From Camelus ferus (taxonomy: Eukaryota), in contig NC_045697.1 in the NCBI RefSeq assembly GCF_009834535.1, forward strand, positions 103,914,001 to 103,978,000: a stretch of 64,000 nt of DNA. The letters are read 5' to 3'. The translations under genes and the position numbers were made by a program. Positions 1 through 12,608 of the stretch are shown piece by piece (the stretch's first letter is position 1; each line of letters opens with the position of its first letter). The notes below the pieces were generated by a model. The model was not told the origin of the DNA and did not search any database. It saw only the letters and a list, made by a program, of their open reading frames with translations.

Positions 1-1189
1 TGCCCTTCTCATTACTTTCATCTCTCAAATGGCTTGGATGAGGAAATCTTAGAAGCTGGTGTCACTGGTAGAAATAGCTCCCTTATTGAGGCAGGATTTC
101 TATATTAATTTTAACACTGCTCATGAGTTGCTTATAAAAAAATCCCCTCCCCAGAACATATTTATCTTGTGTGTTTAAGGCAGAGAAAACTGCTATGAGA
201 TGAAGTAATGCTTTACTTTCCTGCAGCAGAAAGTTTGAGCTTTTGTTTGTAACTCATAATAAACAAGCCATTGACAAGCGAGAGTTAGCTGGTTTTTCAG
301 GTTTGGCAAACTCACTCTTACACAAACTCTTTTCCCTTGTTCAGGAAAGGATGCTATTCCTAAAACTGCAGCCAGATGCAGCTCGAAGCAATCCCAGTGT
401 TACACATGGCATTTGGGCTGGCGGATGCCAAGTAGATGTGATAAAGCAGAAACTGGACACAGGCGACACATCTTAGGGTAACTCCTCTTCAGGCTTCCTA
501 AGACCCATCAGAGCAGAAATAGGCTAGAAGATAATGCATTTTAAGAATCAATCCCCAAACCCTTTTATGCACTCTGAGATTCAACACTTACAATGTGGGA
601 AGCATAGAAGGGGGGGGGGAACAAACAAAGCTACCAATGTCTCTTCCACTTTAAATTGGGTAGGCATTAAGAGTTCCTCCAATCTTTCCTATCTGAACTC
701 CTTCTGCCCTCATGCTCATTTCTACTCTCCTTCTTCCCACCTCACCATTTCCATCATAATTTCCCCCAGCTCCTCCTCCTCACTTTCCTTCTCCCAACCA
801 TTTCTTCTTCCCGGCACGTTCTTGTAGAACCTGAATTGTGTGCAAAGCTATGAACAAGATCTCAGGCAATTTCACAGTGAGAGGATTCTAAAAAGTGATC
901 AATAGATCTTAGATCCCAGTAAAGTTGACTGTGTCTTTGAAGATGCTTTGGGGATATGTGGCTAGGGGGCATATAACACAGATTTGGGTCCCAATGAAAT
1001 ATGTAAAATTGTGGCTGTTCTCGGCAGCTCGGTGGGTATGAGGTATAGGTCTAAGGGAGACATCTGGATGCTCTTCTTTTGTGAACATCTTTAACCACAT
1101 GGAGGAGATGCCAAGGACATTTTTACCCTTTTGGTTGAAGAAGAAGCACACATCGACTTTAGAAGCTATCTTATTTAACCACCTAAACA

Positions 1190-1530
1190 CACCGACTTTT
1201 AGATGGAAATGCCATCAGTTGTCTCTGCCCAGTTCTGTTGTAGATCTATTAATCATATCCGCAAGGATTGCCAAAACGGCAGGGCTCTCTTCGCTTTTCA
1301 GTTTATACAGAACAGAATCATTTACATAAAGTCCTTAAGGCAAATAACTGTTGGGGCTCTAATTTATATCTGATCGAAAATTAGCCGTCATTATGCGCTC
1401 CATTAGCAGCGTCTTTAATGTGCTTCTAAGCACCATTTGTCAAGCGGCTTGTTAATATCCTTCAAGTCTTTAAAGTTGAGAGCTCATTAAAGAGTGCGCT
1501 CTGTTATTGATGTAATTTAGATGAGTTTGG
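1190..1530. promoter_or_regulatory. Candidate conserved non-coding element (enhancer)
   Basis: Repeat-free, about nine retained CpGs in 1260-1500 at moderate GC, many TAAT/ATTA homeodomain cores. Conservation is inferred, not measured. Confidence 0.5.
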
Positions 1531-3059
1531 AAGAGCAAGTACACCATGCCTTGAATGGGCAACCTCCAGAAGCCAGGGCAAGGGGGTATGTGGTGCCCAA
1601 GTTCAGGGTTAATGATTTCCCAGAAGCCTTTGTGCTTCCTTGACAGAAGATCTCTGGGTCCTGCAAGGTGTTTTTGAAGCCCCCCTCCCTGACCTGGGTG
1701 TAAGACACTCATTTCTCTGGAAAAGCCTATGTTTGTCTTCAATGTTTCATGTTTTTCTCATCAATTCACTGAACGCTTATGAGAAAGAGTGGGGAGTATG
1801 AAAAAGTGGGCTCTACTCTAAAATCCTTGATCAGAGAATTGATCAGTTTTCTTTTCTTTCCCTTTTGCCATCCCGCACTTAGTCCCTCGTTGTTTGCTTC
1901 CTGAGGTCTGCCCTTTATTCCACAGGGTGGAGGAAGTAAATATCCATTGAGAAAACTATAGGCCTAAAGACAGAGATACTGCCCTTGAACCTATTTGGAC
2001 TGAGGTACAATAAACCCGCTTAATTATGTACGTATTATTACATTATCTATCAACCACACCATCAGAAGAGCATAAAGTCCAATAAATTACCTCAGTTATT
2101 TATCTAAAAATCCATATATTTTGTCAGTTTCTTTCTGGAGGAGATTATGTTAGTGTAACACAATAAAGAAAACCATTAGCACGGCCAGAAAATTGCAACT
2201 GAGTGCAATGATAACTCCACTGGCAGGAATAAATAACAGTTAGGAAGCTGCATTTTGCCCTGGATTTTCTGGTAGGTTAGATCAGCCTCTTTTGGATTCA
2301 AATATTGAGTGTCTCTGTGAATCTTGGCATCAGGGGTTTAGTAAGAGATTGAACACCACCCCCCTTCTAAATCTCACATTAAAAGAAAAGCATTCAAACC
2401 ACCACGATTTTTGAACCCCACTTCTATCTCCACTCTAAATTCACTTCCCTTCCTGAGACCTTCCGGGAGCTCAGAGATTAATGCAAGATAATGAAAGACA
2501 TTAGGCATTTTATTCTCTCCTCTAAATTTCCAAGATTCTTTCAGCCCTAGAAGCTTGCGTGTGAAGATGGCTCTACTTTGTCAGATTGAAGCGAAAATAA
2601 AACCAAGAGTTTAGAAACTGGACCTGGATGGGGTTGGCTCAAACATCTCAAAGTCTTCTTAAAGGAGACCCATCTCCCCCTGTACCTCCTGCTTAAGAAT
2701 AATCTCATTTTCATCATTGGTTAACCAGTTTATTCCTGCACTCTACACCTTAAAAGAGTTCATCACATACACACGGAGAAAGAGAAGGGAGAAAGAAAGA
2801 TATAATAAGATCAATCTAAGGACATATTGAGGTCATATAACAGCACAAATATTCTCAAGTGCTCTGTATAATGTGCAGCGGGGATTTTGGGCAGTTTTAT
2901 TGTGTGATAGGATCCTCATCTCCGTTGTTTTTTACAGGATTCCTCCAGGCTAAAGTAATAAAGCGAGTAATTAGAATGCTAAAGACAGATGTAAATAACA
3001 GGAATGAGACAGCGGTGACAGATGAGCGGCTGGGTCAGGAAAGAGCCCAGTTGGTGGAA

Positions 3060-3740
3060 ATGACACCGCTTCCTCGCTCCCGGTCCCCTCCCCCACCCCA
3101 TTCCCTTTTTCTCCCTCGGCCTCTTTTCTCCCAGCCGTGGCCTTAGGCGGCCGGCCGGGGACACGCCGGTCAAATTGCTTTCGGGAGGCCCAGCGCGGCT
3201 GCGGTGTTGGGCAGCGGCGCAGAGGGCGTCTCGAGCCTCGGGAGCCGCAGGCTCGCCCTCTGATCGGCCGCGAGGCGGGCGCCCCTCGGGGGTCAGGCCT
3301 TCCCAGGGCCCCTCCCAGGCCCCCAGGGCTCGCAGCCCCGCAGACCTCGCCTCCCGGCACGTCCCCGCCTGCGCCCCGCCGGGGACCTCGCGCGCGAGGG
3401 GCTGAGCTCCGGGGCCGCTTCGTGTTCCCCTCTGACCAGCTGCCTTTGGGCCTTTGTCACCTTTTCTCCCAAACCAGATGCATGGGGCCCCAGAGGTGCC
3501 TTCATCGCCCACCTTGGCCGATGAAGCCCGGGCGCGCCCTGGCGCCTCCGCTGGCCACACGGCTGTGGCCCAAGACCCGGGAAGCGGCCCAGCTGCGCCG
3601 GGGTCTCAAAGGCGCTTTTCCTCCGGGAAATCCCACCCTGGTGGTGCATTACAGGCCTTCCCTGGACTCCCCTCCAAGGCCACCCTGGTGGAAGCCAGCC
3701 ATTCCTTATGTAAATATACAAGTTAGCCCACGAGGAGCCC
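3060..3740. promoter_or_regulatory. CpG island (orphan promoter- or enhancer-like)
   Basis: Abrupt GC- and CpG-rich block in an AT-rich, CpG-depleted background. Contains GGGAAATCCC (NF-kB-like, 3625-3634). TTTCCCGCC (E2F-like, 3797-3805) and TGTAAAYA FOX-like motifs (2990, 3709, 3887) lie at or near its edges. Confidence 0.85.
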
Positions 3741-5713
3741 GAGAAAAACAACTCACCTTGCCTTTTGATTAAAAGACGCAGCAGCAGCAATTTGACTTTC
3801 CCGCCACTGACCTATCAACAGCCATACACGTAGGAGAACAAATAGGGTAATTCCTAAGGGAATGAACTTTAGTTCCCTCCCTACGATGTAAACAGGCTGA
3901 GCAGCCTGGTCTCAGCTTGTTATATGTAAGTCAAAATATGTAAATGCTATTTAACTTCTGTCTTTAGTGTCAGAGAACCAAGAATAATCAGATCTGATTC
4001 AAATCTCGTAACAGGTCGTTTAATCACTAAAACTTTTTTAGTGATTAAAGAAACCCTTTTATTTGTGGTTTGAGGCTTCTCGGTCCTTAAACTGGGGCCT
4101 GTGCAGGTTTGAAGATTCATTTTAAGGAGAGTCACAATTCAAAGACCTGCTGCTACCCTTTGGAGTGGATGTGGTTAAGACAGAAGCTACCATTGTCACC
4201 TTCTTATTTTAGCTTTAGAGCACTGAACGTCTTCTTTATAATAGCAGTACTCTTCAATCACACACACACACATGAAACAAACAAAAAACCCCTGAGTGAA
4301 CCAAACTAGGCCAGGAGGCAGGCAGCTCCAACCTCCCCTGGTAATGCTGGTCCTGGGGTAGGTTAGCAAGAGCTTATGAAATGCAGCAACATGTATGTCT
4401 TCTGAGAAATTCCTGTTGCTTCCCAGATCGTTAGCATTAGTTGTACCCACCAGAGGAGGAAGAGAACCATTCTTCCAGGCTTTTAAAGGAGGATTGTAAA
4501 TAAGTAGGGCAAAGTGAGAAATACATTTTAAAATCAATTTTGCTTTTAACTTTTAATATCTAATCAGTACATATATTTTCATCATTTGTATCAGTAAATG
4601 CAATGGATGCATTTCTGAACCTGTTCCCTGCCTGATTCAGATTGATTACTGTTTTGTTTTGAGTTAACATTTTATTTTTAAACAAACTCTCTCTTTCTTA
4701 AAAGAAACACTGGGGAATGTCTGTAGAGTATTTATGAAGCTGGTAATAATGGAGGGCATTATTTCTTTTAGGCGCTTAGGTCAAATCTATAGGGCAGAGT
4801 TTTGGAGGCATTTGCTAAGTCTATCCTTAATGAAAGCCAGTATTTCAGACATTCAGCATGACTAAAGAATGAGACCTCCTTCCCAGATAAAAAGTTTATC
4901 AACATTTGTGGGGATTGATGAGGGTATCGCTGGATGATTCATGTAAGATTGGTAGCCTACTCTGCATGATATATATTTTTCTATCTCTAGTAACTGCAGG
5001 TCTTCATCAAAATGGACCAGAACAATTGTAAAAGCTCTGACTTTGGAAAAACTGCATGGGGTCTAAAATTAATGCTTACGAAGAAACATACTGGACTAAG
5101 GGATAAATGCCCTCTGTTCATGTGTTGCCTCAGGACTTGAAATATTGGTCTGATCTGAAGTCTCGACCCACCCATAGCAATAACCCCATATGGGTGACAG
5201 CAATTTTCACCCACACTCGGGTGAAGGAGCTTCATACATTTCCACTCAGAATCAGGCTGGTGCTGCTGGTGGTGGAAGATAGTAGGGGGGATAAAGCCTC
5301 AGAGAAGGTTATAATGTAAATTTGTGGTGCAGACACATTCTGAGTGTGGAGGGTTTTGTTTTGTTTTGTTTTATTGCCAAGCCAGCTATGTGACCGGAAA
5401 TGAAGGGAAGGAAGAAAGAGGATGAGTGAGAAAGCATGAAGTCACGTTGGCTTGGATCACTTTTGTAGGAGGTGAGAACTCCTTTTGCATTTCCTTTTAT
5501 TTTCTGAAGAAGTCTCACTGTGTGCAGAAATATTTTCTGTTATAGAAACCTCACATGTTAAGTTGTGACTCATTAGTGGGTAATGATCTTAATTTAATGG
5601 ATTGGGACCAACATAAGGAAAAATGTAAGAAAGTGAAGTAGGACAGAAACAATCAATTGGACCACATTTGGTGAGAACAAGTTTTGCTTCACAAAACTTT
5701 AGTTTTATTATTT

Positions 5714-6095
5714 TTTTCCATTGATTTGATTTTTTTTTAATTTTTTAAACTTTTTTTTTATTGAGTTATAGTCATTTTACAATGTTGTGTCAAATTCCAG
5801 TGTAGAGCACAATTTTTCAGTTATACATGAACATACATATATTCATTGTCACATTTTTTTTCTCTGTGAGCTACCACAAGGTCTTGTATATATTCCCCTG
5901 CACTATACGGTATAATCTTGTTTATCTAGTCTACATATGCCTGTCAGTGTCTACAAATTTTGAACTCCCAGTCTGTCCCTTCCCACCCTCCTCCCCCTTG
6001 GCAACCACAAGTTTGTATTCTGTGTCTATGAGTCTGTTTCTGTATTGTATTTATGTTCTTTTGGTTTTTTTTAGATTCCACATATGAGCGGTATT
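5714..6095 (-). mobile_element. Young L1 3' end (5'-truncated, camelid-type)
   Basis: T-rich tail then L1 3'UTR antisense; perfect 16-bp TSD TTTAGTTTTATTATTT at 5698-5713 and 6096-6111. Confidence 0.9.
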
Positions 6096-6550
6096 TTTAG
6101 TTTTATTATTTACATCTCTATGTTTCTATTGGGCCATAGTGTAAAATGTATTTCTTACTGTATGTGCTAGTCAGAAACACTTGAAAACTATTGTTGTAGG
6201 AACTACGTCACCTCCTGTTGTCCCAGAGAACTCTTTCCGGGTTACACTAGCCCCTAAGGGTTTATCAGTCCCTTTGCCCATTGTCACTTACTTGTGCCTC
6301 TTATTCGATGCCTTTCTAGTGCTTTCTTGTATTATTGGCTTCTCACATGCATGCATCTTTTCTGTGTAATTGAATTTAAAATTTAAACTGCTTCAAAGAT
6401 GTGACTGTCAGGCTTCTCTGTATACTTCTTGGTCTCCAATATGGTGCTGCACACATGGTCCTTAACTGGCAAGGGTAGATGATTAATTATGTACTTAATA
6501 AAAGCAAGTCAGATCTCGGCTCATATGCTGCTTTCTCAGAGATGCGTTTA

Positions 6551-6688
6551 ATTTTTTTTTAGGTTTTTTTTTGAGGAGGGTAATTAGGTTTACTCATTTA
6601 TTCATTTTTAGTGGAGGTTCTGGGAACTGAGCCCAGGACCTCACACATGCTAAGCATGCGCTCTACCACTTGAGCTATACCCTCCCCC
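6551..6688 (-). mobile_element. tRNA-Ala-derived SINE (vic-1-like)
   Basis: Reverse complement reads GGGGGAGGGTATAGCTCAAGTGGTAGAGCGCATGCTTAGCATG...GAGGTCCTGGG..., then AAACCTAATTACC and an A-rich tail. Confidence 0.9.
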
Positions 6689-6719
6689 TAGGGATGCAGT
6701 TTTTAAACCTGCTCCCTAC

Positions 6720-6957
6720 CTCTGCTCTAAGCCAAATCACATCCCGATTACTGGCTCTCAAAGCCCTTTGTAATGCCTTCATAACACTTCCTGGTGTTTA
6801 AATATAAGTATTTGTGGGACTCAGTAAATTGTTTCCTCGACCAGAGTGTCAGTTTCATTAAAATGGACCAGATCTGTTGAACTCCCCTGTATTTAGCACA
6901 GTTCTTGGCACATGGTGGGCACGTAATAAATACTTGTTGACTGACTGACTGATTGAC
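6720..6957 (+). mobile_element. L2 3' end fragment
   Basis: Ends AGCACAGTTCTTGGCACATGGTGGGCACGTAATAAATACTTGTTGACTGACTGA, a typical L2 terminus. Confidence 0.7.
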
Positions 6958-7495
6958 AAGCTAAATGACTTCAAGAATGACCAGCAGTTCTGGCAGAGGC
7001 AGCTGGCCCACTCTTACTTGTTATCAGAAAGGTGTTTGATAATGACCTTGAGATGACAAGAGAAGATTCTGATCTAACGATCTGAGGAAGTTAGAACTTT
7101 CTATGGTGACATTGTTATTTTTCTTCAGTTATGCTATCCCCATGTTATTTTGGTTTGCCTGCACCTGGTTATAGAGATGGGTCTGTGTAAGAAACACTGT
7201 GTGAGTGACAGCTCAGTGATCTTTGACTAACTGCTACGGAGAAAATGGTTCTATTGTGTGAGGTGCAGTTTGCGTGCTACATAAGAAATCTCTCTTTAGA
7301 ACTTGTAAGCTGTTTCTCCTTCTTAATAGACTGATATTCTTTCTACTAGGTAAATGAGAGCTGCTACCCTTGTGATTTCCCTCTTTGCTTAGGCTGATAG
7401 TGCAGACCTAAGATTTGGGTTAAAATGCAATAGGTTTTTTCAATATGTGCATTTTGGGAATACATATTTATCTTCCTTTTCTCTAGATTTTTTCC

Positions 7496-7587
7496 TGTGT
7501 GTGTGTGTGGTTTTTCTTATATCTATTTATCTATCTATCTATCTGCTGTCTGTCTGTCTGTCTATCTGTCTATCTACCTACCTATCT
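7496..7587. repeat. Compound microsatellite (GT)n/(CTAT)n/(CTGT)n
   Basis: Read directly from the sequence. Confidence 0.85.
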
Positions 7588-7644
7588 GGAATTCTGTCCT
7601 TTCCGGTTTTGTTATACCTATGTGATTTTATTATACCCATACAG

Positions 7645-7872
7645 GAAATAGTGTGCATTAGCTTTGGAGTTGGATAGACCTGGGTTCAAATTCTGAGCAA
7701 ATCTGGACTGTCCTACTTCCTAGCAATGGGATCCTTGGAAAAGAAACCTCTCTGTGTCTTACTCTTCTCATCTGTAAAATGAGACCAATACTACTTTCTT
7801 CATTGTTTTAATTATTATCTGAGTTATTAGCACAGCGTTTAGCACATTTTAGGTCCTCAGAAAATGTTAGTT
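7645..7872 (+). mobile_element. MIR SINE
   Basis: GACCTGGGTTCAAATTCTG B-box and CTTCTCATCTGTAAAATGAG core. Confidence 0.8.
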
Positions 7873-9285
7873 TTCTTTCTTTCCATTTATGATGCGTAAC
7901 TTCAAATTCTTCTTGGAGGAAAGTAAGTAGGATCCGTGATCACCAAAGGGTTTGATGTGTTAATGTTACATTTAAAAAAAAATTTTTTTGAGAACCTAGG
8001 AAAATAATCTTGTTTCTTTCAATAACTTTGTCTACAAAATTCAGAAAATAATAATCATCATATATCACCTCAGAGAATTGTTAATAATATTGATGTATAT
8101 ACTATTTGAGGATGCCCATAGATTGTCTCAAGGATAATCCTGAAAAGGATAGAAAGAGATAACTTGATATGAGAATGTCATTTCTAGTTTTAATAATCAA
8201 GTTTTTGTATTAATCATGTAAAATGTAGTTTTTTTTAACTAGTGTTTTAAGTGGAAATTCACCTCATGTTTCTTGAGAAAACTGACAATGAAATAATTTA
8301 CATTCTATGCTGTCCTAAGAGGTTATCGTGTATCTGGGGAAATGTGAACAGGATTCCTGCCTCAGCTCTTGAGGTGGAATGCTAGGATATAAGCGGTGGC
8401 CGCAGAACCATAGGGCTAAGATTTAAACAGCAGCCAAGCAGCACTGGGTAGGTGGGCACACGGGCTTCTAGCAGAGCCTGGTTATCAGACACCAGCCAAG
8501 TGTCTGGGATCTAGGCGCTCGATTACCTGGGGATGAGAAACCAGCTGTCGACGTTCCAGGTAGGCGGGAGTTCAGGATGCAGAGAAAGAAGGCAGCTCAA
8601 AATCTGATGCCATCAACATATGCACAGAAAGGAAATGAACAGAGTACGTTTCTCCAGTTTCTTCTCCATTTCTTGGGCTTTATGTAGGAACCTGAGGTTG
8701 AAGGTAAATTCTGGAAGTTGTTGCAATTTCAGGAATTCTGCTGCTATATTTATGGTCTAACAGATACGAGACCTTGTTTTCCAAATTATATGATTTTTTT
8801 TTTAAAAACCAAGATACCTGAAATTACTATATTAATTAATAAATAAAACATTTAAATCATTTGTTTAACAAAGTTTTATAGAGCGTCAGGTATTTTGAAA
8901 GATGTCTAATAAAAGACGTGTTACTTTTGCAAAGTTCGTGGGTTTTGGGGGAGAAGGATACCTGAAGACAAAGAGGAGCGAGTGGTGGGAGCGGTGGGGT
9001 AAGCACCTTGTGCTCTGGGAGGAGAGAAGCTGGGGCAGCGGTTTTGTTTCATCAGACAGTGGTTGATACCAACCCCTTCTTCCCTTCACCCCCGAGACAC
9101 ACACCCTGAATGGGCACAGGCAGAATGAAGAATTTCTGCTTTTTGGAGCCCATTTTGGCTTATGTGAAAACTCTACTTATTTGTTTAGGTCAAGTGGAAA
9201 ATGAGACAACTGTAGTGGAGGTTCAAGGAAAGGTTCTGTTTTGCCATTGGACTTTGCATGATCTGCTATTTTGATGAACATACTT

Positions 9286-9389
9286 AACAAATTTTAAATT
9301 AATTATTTTTAATGGAGGTCCTGGGAATTGAACCAGGGACCTTGTGCATGCTAAGCAGGCACTCTACCACTGACCTACACCCTCCCCTC
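9286..9389 (-). mobile_element. tRNA-Ala-derived SINE (vic-1-like, short form)
   Basis: Antisense tRNA-Ala-like head; 10-bp TSD GAACATACTT at 9276-9285 and 9390-9399. Confidence 0.9.
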
Positions 9390-11499
9390 GAACATACTTT
9401 TTGATACATACATTTGCTCAAGCATTTTAGGCTTGTGCACATTTATGGTGAACATTCTTGGCTCAATGAAAACAGTACTCCGTCCACTATCCCTTTACTG
9501 AAGCTAGATCATTTCTTTTGGCTTCTAGAAAGCAGAGTATTAGAACTAGAAAATTTTTCCTGTCTTTATTTTTACAAAAATGACATGGTTTTATTTTTAG
9601 AATCAACAGTTTTGAGAAATTTAGTAGGTTGCAAAGTGGGCAAAGTTTCTCCTTTACACTTGTTTTTCTTCTCAGAGCCATATGACTGTATTTCCTGTGC
9701 TACTGCTTCAAAGATATTTCACTTTTATTATCTGCAAAACACGTCAGCTCAATATGTGGAGAAAATGTTGTTTTTAGGAAATAGCCACTCCGTGCTTTAA
9801 CAATTGTGGATGTTTGCAAGATGAGAACCTCATAGTGCTAATAAACTTAAGAAAATGCTAGCATGTTCGTAAGCCTCAGTTATCTGTTAAAAAATCTCTC
9901 TGTTTCTTATTTGTTTTTAGTATGTAATAATCTGGCCACTCTGGAGTAATCTGAGCCCCACATTTCCCAGCAGCTGGGGCGCTGTCTTTGGCAGTCCGCT
10001 GCCCTTCAGGACTTGGCTGGGAGCCAGGCCACAAGAAAAGGCCGTGTGGAAGTCGGGTGGGGAGAATTAGTTAAGCTTTTAATTAACTCACCCTTTCCTG
10101 TTGCGGGGATGTGCAGAGACCCAAATCTTCAGTTATCCTTCCAGTGCTCAAACTAGCCCGCTCACTGAAGTAAGCAATAACAGAGTTTACTGAGCTTTAA
10201 GCATGCGGGTGCAGAGGTACAAAAAGGCTTTAAAGATACTCAGACACGGAGGAGCCTGCCAGCATTTGTAGAGATGGAGAGATCCGAGGCACCTCAAGGA
10301 ATTGGGCGCTCAGCTCCAGTCAGTGTAGCCACCCCTCAGGGCGTGGAAAGCAGAGGTGGTGCTCACCAAAGTAATGAGACACTTGAACACGTCCCATTTA
10401 CATCTTTGCATGCGGCTAACCCGGGCACATTCAGTTTATTTACCTCCGGGGACTATCGTGCCTGCGGGGCCCTTGGTTGGGGCATGTTCTCCCTACAAAG
10501 CTGCTTTTAAATCCCCTAATTCTTATAGATTACAGTTTTGAGGGGTCAGACACTCAAGTGGCCCCTGTCTCTGAAGTCAACTTTTCCATCTTCAGTACTG
10601 AGAAATGCTTATTCTTATCACGTGATAGGAAGTCCTGAGAGAGATTCACCCAATGGGGAAGCAAGTTTCATCCACTGAAGGGAAAGAAGGACGAAACCTA
10701 TCGCCTAGCACAGTGTGGGGCGTAGTCTACGGAGCAGAACTGTCATTTGACTATCAGAGTCTAAAGCACGCAGCCCAGTGGGGGCTGCAGGCGGTGAGGG
10801 CGTGGCCGGAGGCCACGGCGGTGGCTTGTGACTCTTTCTGTTCTTTTGGGAGGCTGGGGAGGGAGCTGACGGGCACGAGTGTGTATGATAAAGATGGTTT
10901 GATCTGTATTTATTGTCTGGAAGATTTAGTAGACATTGCATATGACACAAGACATGATGAAAGGTGACTTCTCTGGTTGTCTTTTTCAAATACAAATGAT
11001 AGTTTTAGCTGAGCTTTTAGTTTTCCCAGTCTGTTCTCATGGTACCTCAAGGTAAACAACTGCCTTCTCTCCTCCCTTCACCGCTTCCTGGGTTCCTCTC
11101 TCTCCCCATACATCCTATTCCTTATTTTCAATCTCCCCCTCAAAGGTCTCTCTTCTTTCTTTTCCTTAGGATAGATTTTTATCTGAAACCTATTTCACAC
11201 GACAGTGGTTATTTAAATTTTAATCATAGAGCTAAATTTTAATAGCTAAAATTTTTCTCTGAAAATGTTAAATGAAAGTGATTCTTTTTGTTTTTAATAC
11301 TAGCATTTTGATTTTATAGTGGAGCTTAAAGGCTTAGTATATAATAAGCACATTGGTAAACAGAAAAAGTTTCAGATTCATCCTGTGAGAAGGACCCGAG
11401 GGAAACAGAATCAGCAAGTGCTAACAAAAGATGTTGGATTTATTGTGCCCTATATTTTGAAGCACAGTAGCTAAGGCTTTGTGAAAAGACTCCCATAGA

Positions 11500-11640
11500 A
11501 TAATAAAATATTATAGCCAAAAGAAGTCTGAGAGACAATTTAGTCCAGAATTCTCCTATTATAGGAACAAAGAGATGAAATGGCTTATCCAAGGTCACAC
11601 AGCAGGTTAGCAATATCGTTGGTGCTGGACTTCAGGTAGC
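11500..11640 (-). mobile_element. MIR fragment
   Basis: AGAGATGAAATGGCTTATCCAAGGTCACACAGCAGGTTAG resembles the antisense MIR core. Confidence 0.65.
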
Positions 11641-12039
11641 AAGAGCGTTTATTATGTGCCTTTTCATCAGATAATGACTTTGTTAGAAGTTAGGATCACA
11701 TAAATGCAAAATAAATTATTACCAATGTCCACCCCTGTAGTTGCACTGTTGTCACAATTATGTGCAAAGCAGTTTTTCATTTTGTTGACTGTGAGGCTGA
11801 ATTCTGAGAAACCATGACAGGAGATTAGTTTCTTCTGTCTTGGTAGCACAGCTAGGATGGGGCAGCTGTTGCGTGTGCCTCTGTCTCTGACGCTGTCTCT
11901 GCCGTATCGCCCTGTCTTGCCTTATTGACCTCTTGACCAGAAGATAATTCTTGATGACCTTCCTCATCCTCCTCTGTAGACACTTGAAGAGAGTCATGAA
12001 TTACACTCTGCCTGGGCTGTCTGAAGTTCTGTATGTCAA

Positions 12040-12608
12040 GCATCCCTGCACCCTCCTGCGGTGAGAGCACCTGCCTTGTGTGGATTTACCTCACCCCGTG
12101 ATGTGGCTGGGTGATGTCACGCAGTGATGTACTTTCCTGGGTCTTAGCCATTGGTCTAATGGGACATGCGACCCACGCTAGGCCAATGAGGCTTCTTTCC
12201 TTGGGTTTTTATATACTGGAAGTTAAGCTGTCCTGTCCTCCGGGGTTTCTAAGCTGTGATGATATAATTTGGAGCTTTCTGTTGCCAGGATCCCTGACGT
12301 AAGGAAGAAACTCTACAGTTGGGGGAAAAGAGGGCACTACAAAGAGAAGTTGAGATGAATCACTGTGGGTTGGGATGGGGGACGAGGGGAGAGGGAAAGA
12401 GGGTGAGATGGTAAGAGATGTGAGGAGAGGGGAGAAGGGGGTGGGGGAAGGAAGCAGAACAGAGAGGAGCGAGCTGAGTTCCTTAATTCAGTTATTCTCA
12501 AAGGCATCCAAATCCTTTCCTGTTACATCACCCAGTAATTCCTTCTATGTGGTTAAGTTGATTTGAATAGGATATCTCTGACCTGTCTCTGAAAGAGTCC
12601 TAATATAC
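12040..12608 (+). mobile_element. Ancient MaLR LTR (MLT1-family, old subfamily)
   Basis: CATGCGACCCACGCTAGGCCAATGAG motif and 3' end ...TTAAGTTGATTTGAATAGG...GAAAGAGTCCTAATA. Boundaries approximate. Confidence 0.55.

Noticed and set aside
2971..3790. Overlapping 76-211 aa ORFs on both strands
   Set aside because: Pro/Arg/Gly/Ala-rich ORFs are expected in a stop-poor CpG island; no recognisable domain, and several frames are equally open.
8300..8720. GC-richer segment that might be an ancient LTR or regulatory element
   Set aside because: No termini, TSD or family signature that I can support.
11758..12070. ORFs with QRQRQR or TAETASET repeats
   Set aside because: Translation of a decayed CTGTCT-type simple repeat.
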